Source: Octopus vulgaris (Eukaryota). Taken from it: 64,000 nt of DNA. The DNA is taken from NCBI GenBank assembly GCA_951406725.2, contig OX597835.1, forward strand, positions 5,332,001 through 5,396,000, written 5' to 3'. The position numbers and the translations under genes are program-made. The notes under the pieces are model-generated. The model ran no database searches. It saw only the letters and a list, made by a program, of their open reading frames with translations, and was not told the DNA's origin. Each line of letters starts with the position of its first letter. Positions within the stretch are counted from its first letter, which is position 1. Shown here piece by piece: positions 1-13,635 of the stretch.

Positions 1-635
1 AAACCTAATGGAAATGACATTTCAAACACTTATAAATAAAGTATAAGTACAAACTCCGGAACAACACCAAACAAACAAACAAATATATTCACAGAATGAA
101 ACTATCCAAGTTAAAAAACGTAAACTATAAAACTATGCTCACATTTTTTCCTCTACTCAGGAGAAAAATTCTGGCAACATAAATAAATAAATAAGTAATT
201 TTGTTTTACCCTGGAAATAATTTGATCTTGTTTGCCAAAATAAATTAAATAAAAACAAACTGAAACATGAAATAGCTTTAAAGGGGTGGAGGTGACTGAC
301 AGAAAGGAAAATAAGACATTTTGTTTCTATAAATAAACTGGGTAAATTCTTATACTTTACAGAAAATCTCAAACACACACACACACACACACACACAGAC
401 AATCTTTTAAAAATAGTTAAGGGAAATGAGAAAGTTTCTATGAGAAATTATGTTTTGCAAATACTTATGGAATGAAGCCACAAGTCAAAACATTTCTAAA
501 ATAATATCATTATTATTATTATTATTATTATCATTATTATTATTATTATTATTATTATTTTGTTCAACAGGAAATTCTATATTTAAAAATGCAACTCTGT
601 TAAAACAAAAAAAATAATTAAATGTTATGTAGGTA

Positions 636-1054
636 GGCGCAGGAGTGGCTGTGTGGTAAGTAGCTTGCTAACCAACTACATGGTTCCGGGTTCAGTCCCA
701 CTGCGTGGCATCTTGAGCAAGTGTCTTCTGCTATAGCCCCGGGCCAACCAAATGCCTTGTGAATGGATTTGGTAGACGGAAACTGAAAGAAGCCCGTCGT
801 ATATATGTATATATATATATATATGTGTGTATGTGTTTGTGTGTCTGTGTTTGTCCCCCTAGCATTGCTTGACAACCGATGCTGGTGTGTTTACGTCCCC
901 GTCACTTAGTGGTTCGGCAAAACAGACCGATAGAATAAGTACTGGGCTTACAAAGAATAAGTCCCGGGGTCGATTAGCTCGACTAAAGGCGGTGCTCCAG
1001 CATGGCCGTAGTCAAATGACTGAAACATGTAAAAGAGTAAAAGAGTAAAAAGAG
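636..1054 (+). mobile_element. tRNA-derived SINE, family A, full length
   Basis: A-box-like TGGCTGTGTGG and B-box-like GGTTCAGTCCC head, internal (TA)/(TG) tract, (AAGAGTAA)n tail; about 15 related copies in the window. Confidence 0.9.
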
Positions 1055-1209
1055 AGTAGGTGTATTTTGATCGACACATGTTTTGTATGGAGAAGACCTA
1101 ACACAGAGAGAAAATGGATATGGAAACATGAGCTTTCGTCTGGCATTCTGTCAGTTACAATGAGTATTCCAGTCGATCTGACCAACAGAATGGCTTACTG
1201 ATGAAATTT

Positions 1210-1445
1210 GGGTGGTAAGTAGCTTGCTTACCAACCACATGGTTCCGGGTTCAGTCCCACTGCGTGGCACCTTGGGCAAGTGTCTTCTACTATAGCCTCA
1301 AGACGACCAATGCCTTGTGAGTGGATTTGGTAGACGGAAACTGAAAGATGCCTGTCGTATATATGTATATATATATACAGGAATCGAAACCACAATCTTA
1401 CGATCATGATGCTGACACCCTAACCACTAAGCCACGCGCCTCCTA
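1210..1445. mobile_element. SINE A 5' fragment (+) fused to a SINE D-like head fragment (-)
   Basis: 1210-1378 matches 650-815; 1378-1445 resembles the reverse complement of the head at 35915-35987. Confidence 0.7.
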
Positions 1446-1489
1446 CACATATGCATACATATATACAAAAATACCCTGTTGTTGATGTT

Positions 1490-1538
1490 GAAATTCCAAT
1501 GAAGGAGCCTTGGATCTAGGTTAGAAACCGGTTCTTTC
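1490..1538 (+). ncRNA. degenerate hammerhead-like motif
   Basis: CCAATGA core (2 substitutions), stem II AGCCT/AGGTT, GAA, palindromic ACCGGT, then T. Confidence 0.3.
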
Positions 1539-1831
1539 TCTATTGGCAAGAAATCTTGAAATAAAACTGAATAATGACATACATGCGTACATGGATGCAT
1601 GTCCATTCAATTTGAGTGTAAAACAATGTAGTATGCTTTAGAAAGCTTCTCTACAGGTATTGGTTAACGAATGCATTCTATACTGAGATTGTTCATATCA
1701 CTGAATATAGATCCGGAGATCTGTGAATATTTGTAGAATATGTATAGAAACATGTGCTGATACCTGAAGATTCATAATGGAATAGTATTGTTGGAATAAT
1801 AACAATGGCATGATGTGTCATTTTATATTTT

Positions 1832-2290
1832 CATCATCATTGTCATCATCATCATCATCGTCATCGTTTAAAGTCTGTTTTCCGTGCTAGCATGGGTTGG
1901 ACGGTTCGACCGGGGTCTGGGAAGCCAGGAGGCTGCACCAGGCTCCAGTCTGATCTGGCAGTGTTTCTACAGCTTGATGCCCTTCCCAAAGCCAAACCAT
2001 CCGTGAGTGTAGTGGGTGCTTTTTACGTGCCACCAGTACAGGGGAAGCTGGCAGCAGCCACGATCGGTTGGTGCTTATTACGTGCCAGGGGAGGCTGGCA
2101 GCGGCCACGATCGGTTGGTGCTTTTTACGTGCCACCAGCACGGAAGCCAGTCAAGGTGTCGCTGGCCTCGGCCACATTCAGATGGTGCTTTTTATGTGCC
2201 ACCGGCACAGGTATCACAACAACAATTTCCATTTGATTTTTTATTCTGATGTTGATGTACTTGACTCAATAGGTCTCCTCAAGCACAGCT
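1832..2290 (-). mobile_element. 3' end of an RTE-like LINE with (GAT)n tail and internal degenerate tandem units
   Basis: (CAT)n tract abuts the element; GGTGCTTTTTACGTGCCACC-like unit repeated about 4x; minus frame ends AVLEETY*. Confidence 0.55.
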
Positions 2291-2430
2291 ATTTTTTATA
2301 CGTTAATATTTCAGAAGTGACCATCTGAGAAAGTAGTGATGAAACAACTGTAGTATCATGCAATAAAGCACGTTGCCCAATCCAATTTCTCTTATTCGTT
2401 TTTACATATATATATGTGTGTGTATAAATA

Positions 2431-2901
2431 CAGGTCACCATCGACTCACAACCATAGTTGGTTCCGTCTGACTAGTCATAAGTTGATTTGGTTGTAAGTC
2501 AGCCTATAGACCTACATAGCTTTGTTTCATATTTTTACACTCTTAATGTACATTCTCAGGTAAAAGTCACACACAGCACTCTGTATTGTACTATTATACT
2601 GGTGTTAGTCAAAAACTTTGGTATCTCAAGCAGTTGTCTCATAAACAAATACAAGGTTGCCTCAATGTCTCCGTGACAGGGTAGTCATCCAAAACAGTAG
2701 TGATTGATAACCAAACCTAGGGGAAGCGTGTTAGGTGACATCAACCACAGATGGGTTAATTTCTAAGAAATTAAACCCATTAGATTTCAATGGACTATTT
2801 ATTATTGATGATAGAAGCTGGCGCACCAATCGTCATAAAGTTGATCGGTCATAAGTCGGATAGGTCATAAGTTGGATAGGTCATAAGTTGACAACAACCT
2901 G
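2431..2901. mobile_element. Tc1/mariner (Tigger-like) MITE
   Basis: TA|CAGGT...ACCTG|TA with imperfect TIRs and subterminal GGTCATAAGT repeats. Confidence 0.7.
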
Positions 2902-2949
2902 TACATGCATACATACAAACGTATGTGTGCAGATATGTACATACATACA

Positions 2950-3503
2950 TGGTGGCTGCCCCCTCGTTATCAAGTATGGCCATTGCACGAAGCTTAATCA
3001 ATGTTGTTATCATGCAATGCCTGTGCAAGAAGATTTATTTTTTAAAGTGAGAAAAGGCTGTGCACTGAGTCAATCCCACTCACTAAGCAACAGCAGCCAT
3101 AATCCAAAAAGAACAAGTCAACATCATCGGTAACCACTGAGCCGCAGGTTTTATGTCGGAGTTATCCCAGTTACCTGAGTTACCTTCTCCTAGAAGGATG
3201 CCCTAACAAAGGCTAGGAGTCCTTCACTCCCAATGGTTTAACCGCGTGATCGGGTATTCAGTCTGATTATTTCTATGTCCCCACGCATGATACAGCCTTA
3301 AAGCATTTATTGGATGGCCATTGACTCTCAAGAGTTCCTCCACCCTTTGACGGGTTTTGTTTTTCATCCCTCAGGGTGTCCAATAAACACTCTCTTCACC
3401 AAGCAACCTAGGTGGGGTTGCCGGTTTAGTCACCGACGACCCGACCATGCAACAGGTTGTGCTGGGTTACATGTTACCAGTAGCACTCGAAAGTGACCTG
3501 ACA
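2950..3503 (-). mobile_element. probable RTE-clade-derived element (5' UTR-like sequence)
   Basis: GC-richer block between (ACAT)n tracts; motifs CCTTCTCCTAG...AAGGCT and GACTAAACCGGCAACCCC recalled from RTE 5' ends. Confidence 0.35.
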
Positions 3504-4653
3504 TAAACATACATACATACATACATGCATACATACACACAAAATGATTCGGGTATTGATTACACTCTGAGGTATCTTGGGGAAGTGTCTGCTACATCCA
3601 ACTTAGGTGGATCAATACCATGTGGATGGAGTTGGAATTTAGCAGATGGAAAATGTGCAGAAGATGCTAGGTTGTTGCTTTGATCTGCTGGATCAGGATG
3701 GATCTGGGGCCACAGAATAGTTGCTATATGGCTGGAATAGTTATAGCTTGGTACAGAGGTTGTAAGATCCCTGGGAGACAATTTACAAGAACAACATGTC
3801 TTTTGGACCCTAGACGTGGAGAAAAATGTCTTCTCAAAATTAAAAAAACCTGAGTTTTTTTGTGGGATGGGGATATCAGATATTCACAGGCCCCTCTTTG
3901 GGTCTCTGGGGCCCCAATCTATAGTAAGGCTGAACCCCACCTCTTATAGGCCTTGAGTGGCTGCATGAATGACAGAGGGAAAAAAAAACATGCTACGCTA
4001 TAGATAAAAGGAGCCAAGAGACCCGTCAGTGTCGAAATTGCTGTAAGCTCTTGTCTCATGGCAGGTGAAGAGAATATGAAGGGCAATCTATACGTAAAAA
4101 GAAAAATTACAGACAAGATGGTTCCAGTCGCGACCATCTAACATGAATGACGTGATGATCGCGGCTGGAACATGTTTGATTTATAAGCTTGCTGACGTGG
4201 TGATAAGCAGCAAGAGGAAGATCGACTTGTTAGAAATAACAGCGAAATCTTCCTCAAATCACACCCTACCCTCCTTTAAAAGGATACCTTAGATAATATA
4301 ACCATAGGATATGTTGTGTTTACATCAAAAGTACACAGAGAAAAAAAACTAAACAGATCGACTGAATCGGAGACAATCATTTTTAGCTTCATTTGCACTC
4401 AAATCACGTTTTGATCGACTTTACCTTTCATCCTTTCGGGGGGCGATAAAACATAGGGTCAGTTAAATACTGGATTAATTTATATTGCTATAGAACATCC
4501 CAGAGATGGCTAGAAAACCACAGTCTTCCATTCTGATCTCAGAATGGCGTTGAGTTGATACAACAACAGTCGTAAGAATGATAAGGAAGAATGACGACAG
4601 AAGCGAAAACGTAGAATAATAGAGAAAGAGAAAATAGAGATTTTTTTTGGCTC

Positions 4654-4665
4654 ACTTCCGGAAGT
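4654..4665. promoter_or_regulatory. perfect palindromic double ETS-type site ACTTCCGGAAGT
   Basis: 12-bp palindrome in unique DNA, with ATG|GTGAGT donor-like site at 4710-4718. Confidence 0.25.
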
Positions 4666-5704
4666 AAAGGTTCAGGTGTACCTTAGTGGCTGATGGCTTA
4701 TCCAGTAGCATGGTGAGTGAGGAACTGAGAGAGAGAGAGAGACAGAGAGAGAGAGAAAGAGAGAGAGAGAGAGTATAAGGTGTAAGAGAGGAGTGGGAAG
4801 AGAAATAAAGAGAAACACTGGGAATAATGCAGGAGGAAGAAAGAGAAAGACAGAGAGAATATAAGAAAGAGTAGTAAAAGAAAAGGTGATAGAGTTACAG
4901 TTGAAGTGAAAGAGTAAGAGACAGAAGGATGAGAGCTGAAAAGGTGGAGTTACAGTTGAAGTGAAAGAGTAAGAGAAAGAAGGATGAGAGCAGAAGAAAG
5001 AAAGAAGGAAATAAGAAGAATTCTGCAGAGAGAAGGACATAGAGGAAAAAAAATTGATCTGAATGGAATAAAATTTTACTAAAAACGAGAAAATAAAACA
5101 AAAGTTGACCAAAACTGTTGATAGAATTAGTGTGGAGTGACACGGTTGGAGGAATTAGAAGTAAAAATGAGGCAAAAGTGGAAGAGAGTAAGTTTTGTTG
5201 AGTGGGGGGTCAATGGCAAAAGGGGTGACGTATTAAATGACGTGAGAATCAAAAGAATTTCAATTAATTGTGAATGTTTTACATACGTCATTCATTAATT
5301 TATTTAAGAGAGAGAGAGAGAGAAGAATAAATGGAGAAGGAAGAATTACGAAGACGAGGATGAAGAAGAGGGATTCAAAATTTAAAAAAAAAACATAGCG
5401 AGGTTTGATAGAGAACAAAAAAAAACAAAGAATATAGACATAGTTGAAGCAGGGGGGAAAGACGGAGGGAGAAAGGATGAAAGGTAAGAGTGTTGTAAGA
5501 GTGAGATAGGGAGGGAAAATGGAGAGGGACGAAGGAGAAATCGACTGAGAGGAGGAGGGAGGAGAGGCTTGAGGAGAGTCGGAGGTTTTCAGAACAAAGA
5601 AGAGATAGAGAGAGAGAGCAGAGTATTAATAGAAGAGGGAAGGTAAGAGATAGAGTGAATAAGGGAGGTAAGTAAGAAAAAGAGAAAGAGGGAGGTGAGA
5701 AAAA

Positions 5705-6065
5705 GAGTACGAGTAAAGTCGGAGAGAGTGTAGATAGAGTAAGAGTAAAGTCGGAGAGGGTGTAGATAGAGTAAGAGTAAAGTGGGAGAGTGTGTAGATA
5801 GAGTAAGAGTAAAGTCGGAGAGTGTGTAGACAGAGTAAGAGTAAAGTCGGAGAGTGTGTAGACAGAGTAAGAGTAAAGTCGGAGAGTGTGTAGATAGAGT
5901 AAGAGTAAAGTGGGAGAGTGTGTAGATAGAGTAAGAGTAAAGTGGGAGAGTGTGTAAACAGAGTAAGAGTAAAGTGGGAGAGTGTGTAGATAGAGTAAGA
6001 GTAAAGTGGGAGAGTGTGTAGATAGAGTAAGAGTAAAGTGGGAGAGTGTGTAGATAGAGTAAGAG
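5705..6065 (+). repeat. 32-bp minisatellite, about 11 copies
   Basis: unit AGAGTAAGAGTAAAGTGGGAGAGTGTGTAGAT. Confidence 0.9.
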
Positions 6066-8235
6066 TGAAATAGTAAAGAAAGAGATTGACAAAATAAGGG
6101 AGAAGGTGAGAGAATGAAGAAATAAAAGAGGATAAAGTGAGAGTTTAAAGAGATAAAGCGATGGTATAGAGGAGAGAGAGAGAGAGAAAGAGAGAGAATA
6201 AAGTGAGAGAGTGAGGGTTTGTGAAGAGACGAATATAATAGGAGAGAAAGAAGGAAATATGGTGGAAGACGGATTTCAAGAAAGCAAAACTAGGAAAAAT
6301 GAGTATTTTGTGGATTAAGATGCTGGAAAATCACTACAAAATGTTTGGGAGTAATTTTAGTTCTATTCAAACCTCTCGAGATTCTTAACGGAGAATATCC
6401 CAGGCCCTGGATTTTTACTGCAATTAATGCAAATTCTTCCAAGCACCATGTAAAGGATGCGTTGCCTCTATGTGATCTCTCGACGTGCTAGAAATAGCAG
6501 CCAAACTTCGGTTTACAAACTATATCGTGTTTTAAAAGATAAGTCGTTATGGATATTATTATATTATTATAGTTTCCAGATAAACTTACATGGAATGATA
6601 TGATCACAGTTAGAATACCCGATCTGGGGCTAAACAACACCCATACAGTTTACAGCAGACACGGTGTTCGAATCTTGCTGGCGACGTTACAACTTTTTCC
6701 TTGTCTTCTTGTTCGTATATACGTGTGTGTGTGTGTGTGTGCGTGTGGTTGTGTGTGTGTGTGTGTGGTGTGTGTGTGTGGTTGTGTGTGTGTGTGTGTG
6801 GTTGTGTGCGTGTGTGTGGTTGTGTGTGTGGTTGTGTGTGAGTGTGAGTGAGTGTGTGTGTGTGTAAACAGCTTCAAGAAAATTTATTTCTGTCCTTCAC
6901 CGAAATACAAAGAATTCAAACATTTGATAAATTTTAGAACGGCAAAGGAGAAGCAATGTTCATATTTGTCTCATCGTATGTTGATCTAATTCTTCCAAAG
7001 AAGGCAAAATGACAACATTAATAGTTTCTTATAAATGGTACAGGGTCACAAGTTAGTAAGGTAGGGTCCCTGTCGATTGATAATGATCCCTGTACTTCCG
7101 TTTAATTCGAATTAAATGACAAAGGACGAAAAACGAAGAGCAGGAGTCCCTAATTGGTTGCTCGACTAGCTAGAAATAGCAGCTTTTTCTCGCTAAAATC
7201 ACTTCCCATCATTTTTTGTAATGAAATGAAAGTTTTATAAACATTGCCCGAGATATCAGCCCCAAAACACGAACAGGGTGGCCCATAGGTCTTCTCGACA
7301 CGGAGCCAGATAGCAACATAATGATGTTTTAAACATTAACGACTCAAACCCACAGGTTTCAATCGATCCAGTATTCGGTTAGTACTCGAATCTGTCACGA
7401 TTTGAACCCAGAACACAATGAGATGAAACTAAAATTATACAGTAAAAACATTTATTTGATGGAGCCCTTCGCGATTTTGTCAAAAGTAAAAATACAATCG
7501 TTAATTTTTCGAAAGATGAATGTTGTAGTGCACCTGAGCACTGTACACAATGTTTATTATTATTATTATTATTATAACTTAATTAGTTTTTAGTGATATT
7601 AACTCCAGACTCACAGACTGAATGGCACAGTAAGATCCGATGTGTCTTTCTTCTCTTTTAGTACGGTAGGGGTAAATTCAAGCAGATCTGGCTGCTATTT
7701 CCAGCAATTCAAACTACCAAATTGGGGATCTCATTCATGTGTTGTTGTTTGGCTTCAAATCAGTTCTGATCAAACAGACCTCGTTTTTTCAAATACAGTG
7801 TATCGAAGACTAGGGTTGGGTGTGATTTTAGGAAAAACGATCGGTACTCTTTCATTCCCAGGCCAGAAAATAAACGTTTGTCTGCTTTACAATATGAAAT
7901 TATTGAATTAAAGAAAAAAGAAAGGAAAAAAGAATAACTGGAGTGTCGAGTAACAGATACCCAATGTGTAACCTGGTACAATAAAGTAAGCACCCAGAGC
8001 ACCCGGTATAAGTTTCTCGTTATTTAAATTGGATCCAGTAAACAGTCCGTAATTACATTAGCCTCTTACGTGAACAAGGAATGGTTATTTCTAGTAAATT
8101 GAGTCACAACGTAGAGGCTTGTTTGTGTTTTATACATATGAGATGATGGATTCCAATACTAGATTTCTTCTTTTGTTCTTTTTTCTTTTTCTAGAATCGC
8201 AATTTTCGCATTTTAAAAAAAAGGAATGATCACAT

Positions 8236-8267
<32 letters not shown>

Positions 8268-8293
8268 ACCGAGGAAAGTTTGAAAACACTGCT

Positions 8294-8780
8294 GGCGATC
8301 TTTCGTCTCTAGTAGACCTTTCCGTCGATTTCCGTAAAAAAATATATTTTTTTTTTACATATGGGCTTGCGGGAACTTTTGAAGTAATATACATACATAT
8401 ACACATACACCGAGTACAAAAATTTCAGTTATCTCTTTCTTTCACACATTACTCTGTCTCTTCACACACACTAACAGAAGCACTTCACTTACACAACATA
8501 CTGTCTGTCTCCCACACCCCATCAAACACACACACACACACATGTACATCAATGCTTCCCATGCACGGTAACTTCAAAAGAACTTCCCTCGTCATACAAT
8601 CGCTTTCTCTTAGTCTCTTTCGCTCTCATTACTTCAAAAGTTCCCGCAAGCCCATATGTAAAAAAAAAAAAAATTTTTTATACGGAAATCGACGGAAAGG
8701 TCTACTAGAGACGAAAGATTGCCACACTGGCGATTTTTACGGAAATCGACGGAAAGGTCTACTAGAGACGAAAGATTGCC
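8294..8780. mobile_element. Merlin-like MITE with duplicated right end
   Basis: about 100-bp TIRs GGCGATCTTTCG.../...CGAAAGATTGCC; 8-bp TSD ACACTGCT at 8286-8293 and 8781-8788. Confidence 0.85.
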
Positions 8781-10120
8781 ACACTGCTTTTTTTTTTTGT
8801 TTTGTGTGTGTGTGTGAAAAATCTAAACAAATAGATCGGGGTTGGGCTCCCTATTTGCCATGACACCCAGTACAAGACATTGACAAACTGTGTCAATATT
8901 TATTTCTACTTTCAGTTTGGAATTATAAAACCGAATGAAGAATTCTTCAGTGAATCAGTGTTGGATTACACGATTTCAGTAGAAATGTGTGTGTACGTGT
9001 GGTAAATGGCAATGACACCTACCCACACACATATGTACGTGTGTATATATATATATATATTACATACACATACATGTAGATGAGTTATGTAGATGATATA
9101 TACGTATGTTTATACCTATGTGTGTAAAGTAAATAGAAAAATATTAGTCTATAAACAAAGATATATATATATATATATATTTCCTCGAAAGACTTAAATG
9201 TCGCCTTTTTTTCCCACATTTATATTCATTTTACTGTTATTTTCCCCTTAATTAGGCCACGATAGAGCTGAGCTTTTGATCAAAATAAGGAGCATATTAT
9301 TCAATACCCCCTTTTTTTTTTAAAGCGGAGATTTGACAGCTATTTCCAGCAGGTCGCGTCACCACATAGGGACTCCCAGTAACTATATAGTCGCTGTTGT
9401 ATATGTTTAGCCACAAGCCGTCCTATATATTTAGATATTCCAGCCATGACCACCCAATTCTGTTTTTGATCTATCCTACCCTACCCCCAGCCCCACATGT
9501 CAGCACCTACATTATCTAATGTAATCTTTTTTAAGGTGGTGGAGTGCGAGTTGTGGGAGATTTAGCAGCTGTTTCCAGCAGGCTGACAGCCACGTTGTGG
9601 TTCCCATGTCTTATCAAATAAAATATGGTGAGTGCTTGTAAAGCGAAAGATGCAAGGTGTCGAATTGGTTTCGAATCCGTGTAGACAAAAAATATTTCCC
9701 TTCTCTCATATATTACAAATGCCACAAGGAAAAACAATTATTCATGTTTTATATTTCATTGCTTTCCCCGATAAAAATAACAGAAAATTAACAGAAAATA
9801 TCAACATTTAGATTAGAACCTTTCGTTTTTTTTTGTGTTAGCAAGCTGGTTATAATTAAACTAGCGTAAGAATTGCAAAAAAAGATTTCGTTTGAAGATT
9901 TGATTAATAAAATAAAATTTCCATACCTGATTAATTTTTTTTTCCCGGATAAAAAGTAATTTGTTTCTTTTGACAAAAATTCACTTTATAATTGTTTAAT
10001 TTCTTCCTATCTCAGAACCAAGATTAAAACGCACCGTCACTCACATACAAACACACGCTCTGTCTTTCTTTGATTATCTGATTGCCTATATATACTTCTA
10101 TATCGCTATAACCTTTATTT

Positions 10121-10159
10121 ATGTATGTCTATATATATATCAATCAATCTATCTATCTA

Positions 10160-10220
<61 letters not shown>

Positions 10221-10319
10221 GTGTATTTATCTATCAATCAATCTATCTATCTATATATATATATATGGTTTTTCAGGTGTCTATTCTCTTATCTTCTTAT
10301 CTTTCTGTTAGCGCCCCCG

Positions 10320-10366
<47 letters not shown>

Positions 10367-10367
10367 G

Positions 10368-10430
<63 letters not shown>

Positions 10431-10443
10431 GTCTATCTATCTG

Positions 10444-10507
<64 letters not shown>

Positions 10508-10560
10508 CCTATCTATCAATCTATCAATCTATCTATCTGTCTATCTATCTTTCTATCTAT
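10121..10560. repeat. (TA)n/(CTAT)n microsatellite complex
   Basis: directly visible. Confidence 0.95.
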
Positions 10561-10775
10561 GTGTGTATTTGTGTACACCACTGTGTAGACGTCTATTGTA
10601 TATCTCAGGTGTGATTTTTCACGGTATCATTGTATAATTGCAAAACAGTTGGGTTTTTTTTTTACACGATATGCTAAACCGGTAACGTAAAACCCGTCAG
10701 AAAAACAAGACACTAGTATAATACATAGACACTCACAAATATCTATATATATACACCACGTATATACAACGCATA

Positions 10776-10829
<54 letters not shown>

Positions 10830-11196
10830 TATATATATATATGTAAAATCTATACAACAACCACCGGTAGATGTGGGTGACGAGTATCTTATATCTCTAA
10901 TTAACTATAATTATATACATATACCTGTATAATATATTCTGTCAGTGGTTTCTTTGTTTCCAGCCTGAAACTTTAAACTTTTCTTGTGTTCTAATGACGT
11001 TTCAGGAGTTTGGCAAAAATGGTCCGAAAATGAAACTAGTTGGAGTGTTTAATCGTCTGTTTTTATCCAACGAAAAGAAAAAATTCCTGAGTCAGAGAAT
11101 TTCTCTACAGTCCGTCTGTGTTCACAATCTCTTGGTGATGTGTCTACATTTCCCACTCTCTCGCTCTCTTATATACATACATACATACACGTATAC

Positions 11197-11257
<61 letters not shown>

Positions 11258-11744
11258 GATAGACAAATAGATAGATATGTGTGTGTATAATTACGTGTGT
11301 TTATGGGAGAAAGGTGGGGGGTGGGGGTTAGACGAAGTGTATAGGTTTCTCCCACCGCTTCTGAACCCTCTCTCTCTCTCTGCTGTTCACTTTCTCTTTC
11401 TCTCTTCATGTCCGACTGCCTCTCTCTTTTATTATTCTTGTTCCCTCGGCACCCCCCCCACCACCACCACCACCACAAACTATATTTCTTAGTCATAACC
11501 GTTCTTAAACTTGTTATTGTTGTTGTGGTTGTTGTTGTTGTTAGTTCTTTTGCTGTTTTGGTAAAAAAAAAATAATTTAAAAACAGATAAAATAATAATT
11601 CCTATTCGCCAACTGCTACTATTTTCCTTCGGCTTTTTACCATTCCACTATTTATAGTCTGCGAATGTACGTATCACTGCCTCTGGTGCTACCACCACCG
11701 CCACCATCACCATCACCACTGAAGAATCTCATGTTGTTTACTCG

Positions 11745-12450
11745 AAATAGCCGCCAAATCTCCCTCAAAATCACCCTTTACCGTCCTTAAAAAAAACACG
11801 ACTTGTTCAATAACACAGTCCTTAATTTTGTGTATATGAAAACAGACAGGATAGTCACAGTTGGAACGCCTCTGATTATACAACATTGCCGGATCGGAGC
11901 TCACAACAACAGCAACAACAACAACCACTCCACTAAGGATGGTGTTTCCACGTACTTAACCGACTTGCTATAAGAAATAACAGCCAAATCTCCCTCAAAA
12001 TCACTCTTTACCGTCTTTAAAAAAGCACTTGTTCAATAACAGTCCTTAAATTTGTGTATATGAAAAAAGACAGGATAGTCACAGTTGGAACGCCTCTGAT
12101 TATACAACATTGCCGGATCGGAGCTCACAACAACAACAACAACCACTCCACTATGGATAGAGTTTCCACGTACTTAACCGACTTTGCTATAAGAAATAAC
12201 AGTCAAATCTCCCTCAAAATCACTCTTTACCGTCTTTAAAAAAGCACTTGTTCAATAACACAGTCCTTAATTTTGTGTATATGAAAACAGACAGGATAGT
12301 CACAGTTGGAGCGCCTCTGATTATACAACATTGCCGGATCGGAGCTCACAACAACAACAACCACTCCACTATGGATAGAGTTTCCACGTACTTATCCGAC
12401 TTTGCTATAAGAAATAACAGTCAAATCTCCCTCAAATCACCGCTTTAACG
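11745..12450 (+). repeat. tandem repeat, about 220-230 bp x about 3.2, built from an old dispersed repeat
   Basis: units start near 11745, 11975, 12195, 12413; motif AAATAGCAGCCAAATCTCCCTCAAATCAC has relatives near 4230, 6490, 7170, 14650. Confidence 0.85.
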
Positions 12451-12704
12451 TTTTAATACGAAGACATTGGATAACAGTATGTATGATCAGACTGAAAAAT
12501 AGACGGGATGGTCGCGGATGGAACGTTTCCTCTATTCTTCTTGGTCCAGAGTTGCAAGATTGGGCTACAAATCGTGGATTGATCGATTTTTCGGGATCAC
12601 AACTCTTTAGTCATTTAATTAATTAATTAATTAATTTGTTTATTAAATTTGAGCCACTTTCAACTTTAAACAGGAAAGCAGAACTCGAAGCACGAGTATT
12701 CGTT

Positions 12705-13110
12705 TATTCTATTTGTTTCAGTCATTTGACTGCGGCCATGCTGGAGCACCGCCTTTAGTCGAGCAAATCGATTCCGGGACATATTCTTTGTAAGCCTAGT
12801 ACTTATTCTATCGGTCTCTTTTTGCCGAACCGCTAAGTTACGGGGACGTAAACACACCAGCATCGGTTGTCAAGCGATGTTGGGGAGACAAACACATACA
12901 CACATACATACATACATACATACATACATACACACATACATACATACATACATACATACATACACACACATACATACATACATACACACACATACATACA
13001 TACATACATACATACACACATACATACATACACATACATACATACATACACATACATACATACATACACACACATACATACATACATACATACATACATA
13101 CATACATACA
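12705..13110 (-). mobile_element. SINE A, 3' part, with expanded (ACAT)n
   Basis: matches reverse complement of 840-1035. Confidence 0.85.
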
Positions 13111-13179
13111 TTCTTATAGAGGCGGAAATTATGTAGTTTGTCAAAAATTGTAATGTGAATAATAATGATGATGATGTGC

Positions 13180-13635
13180 TACAGCAAATATTCTGCTCGA
13201 TACCACAGATTTGCTTGTCAGTTGTTTGACCTTAACCAGTTGAGCATGTCCCTTAGTGGCTGACGATATGTGCATCTCTGACCACGAGCAGAAGTAGTGG
13301 GGGAGCATCATAGCCATGTGTTGAGAGGGATTCTTTGGGGTTTGAAGAATTCACCTCTGGAAACATGGGTGGTTCTTTCAACATCCTTAAGCAACCCTTA
13401 TTCAGGGACCTTTTGAGCGGGATGGGCTACTCAACCTGAAGAAAATTCTAACTGGGCCCCACCTGCAAGGTCATGCGCTGTTAATCTTAATATAAGATCA
13501 CCATGTCGCACACAGTTGGTTGTGATGCATGTGCCTGGTGTACCCTTATCAGACGGGCGGTGATGATGGGTATACTGGGCTTTGTATATTTTACCCCAGT
13601 CTCACTTTGATGGCATGCCCTGCTCTCTCACTCAA
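13180..13635. mobile_element. interspersed repeat flanked by (GAT)n/(AAT)n tracts, possibly R4/Dong-associated
   Basis: GC-richer block bounded by trinucleotide tracts; recalled as a common octopus repeat. Confidence 0.4.

Noticed and set aside
5705-6065. Regularly spaced repeats resembling a CRISPR array (also 63111-63942)
   Set aside because: No unique spacers, eukaryotic context and no cas genes; these are minisatellites
6939-6976. 38-nt micro-exon candidate (AG...GTATGT)
   Set aside because: Weak polypyrimidine tract and no consistent gene model
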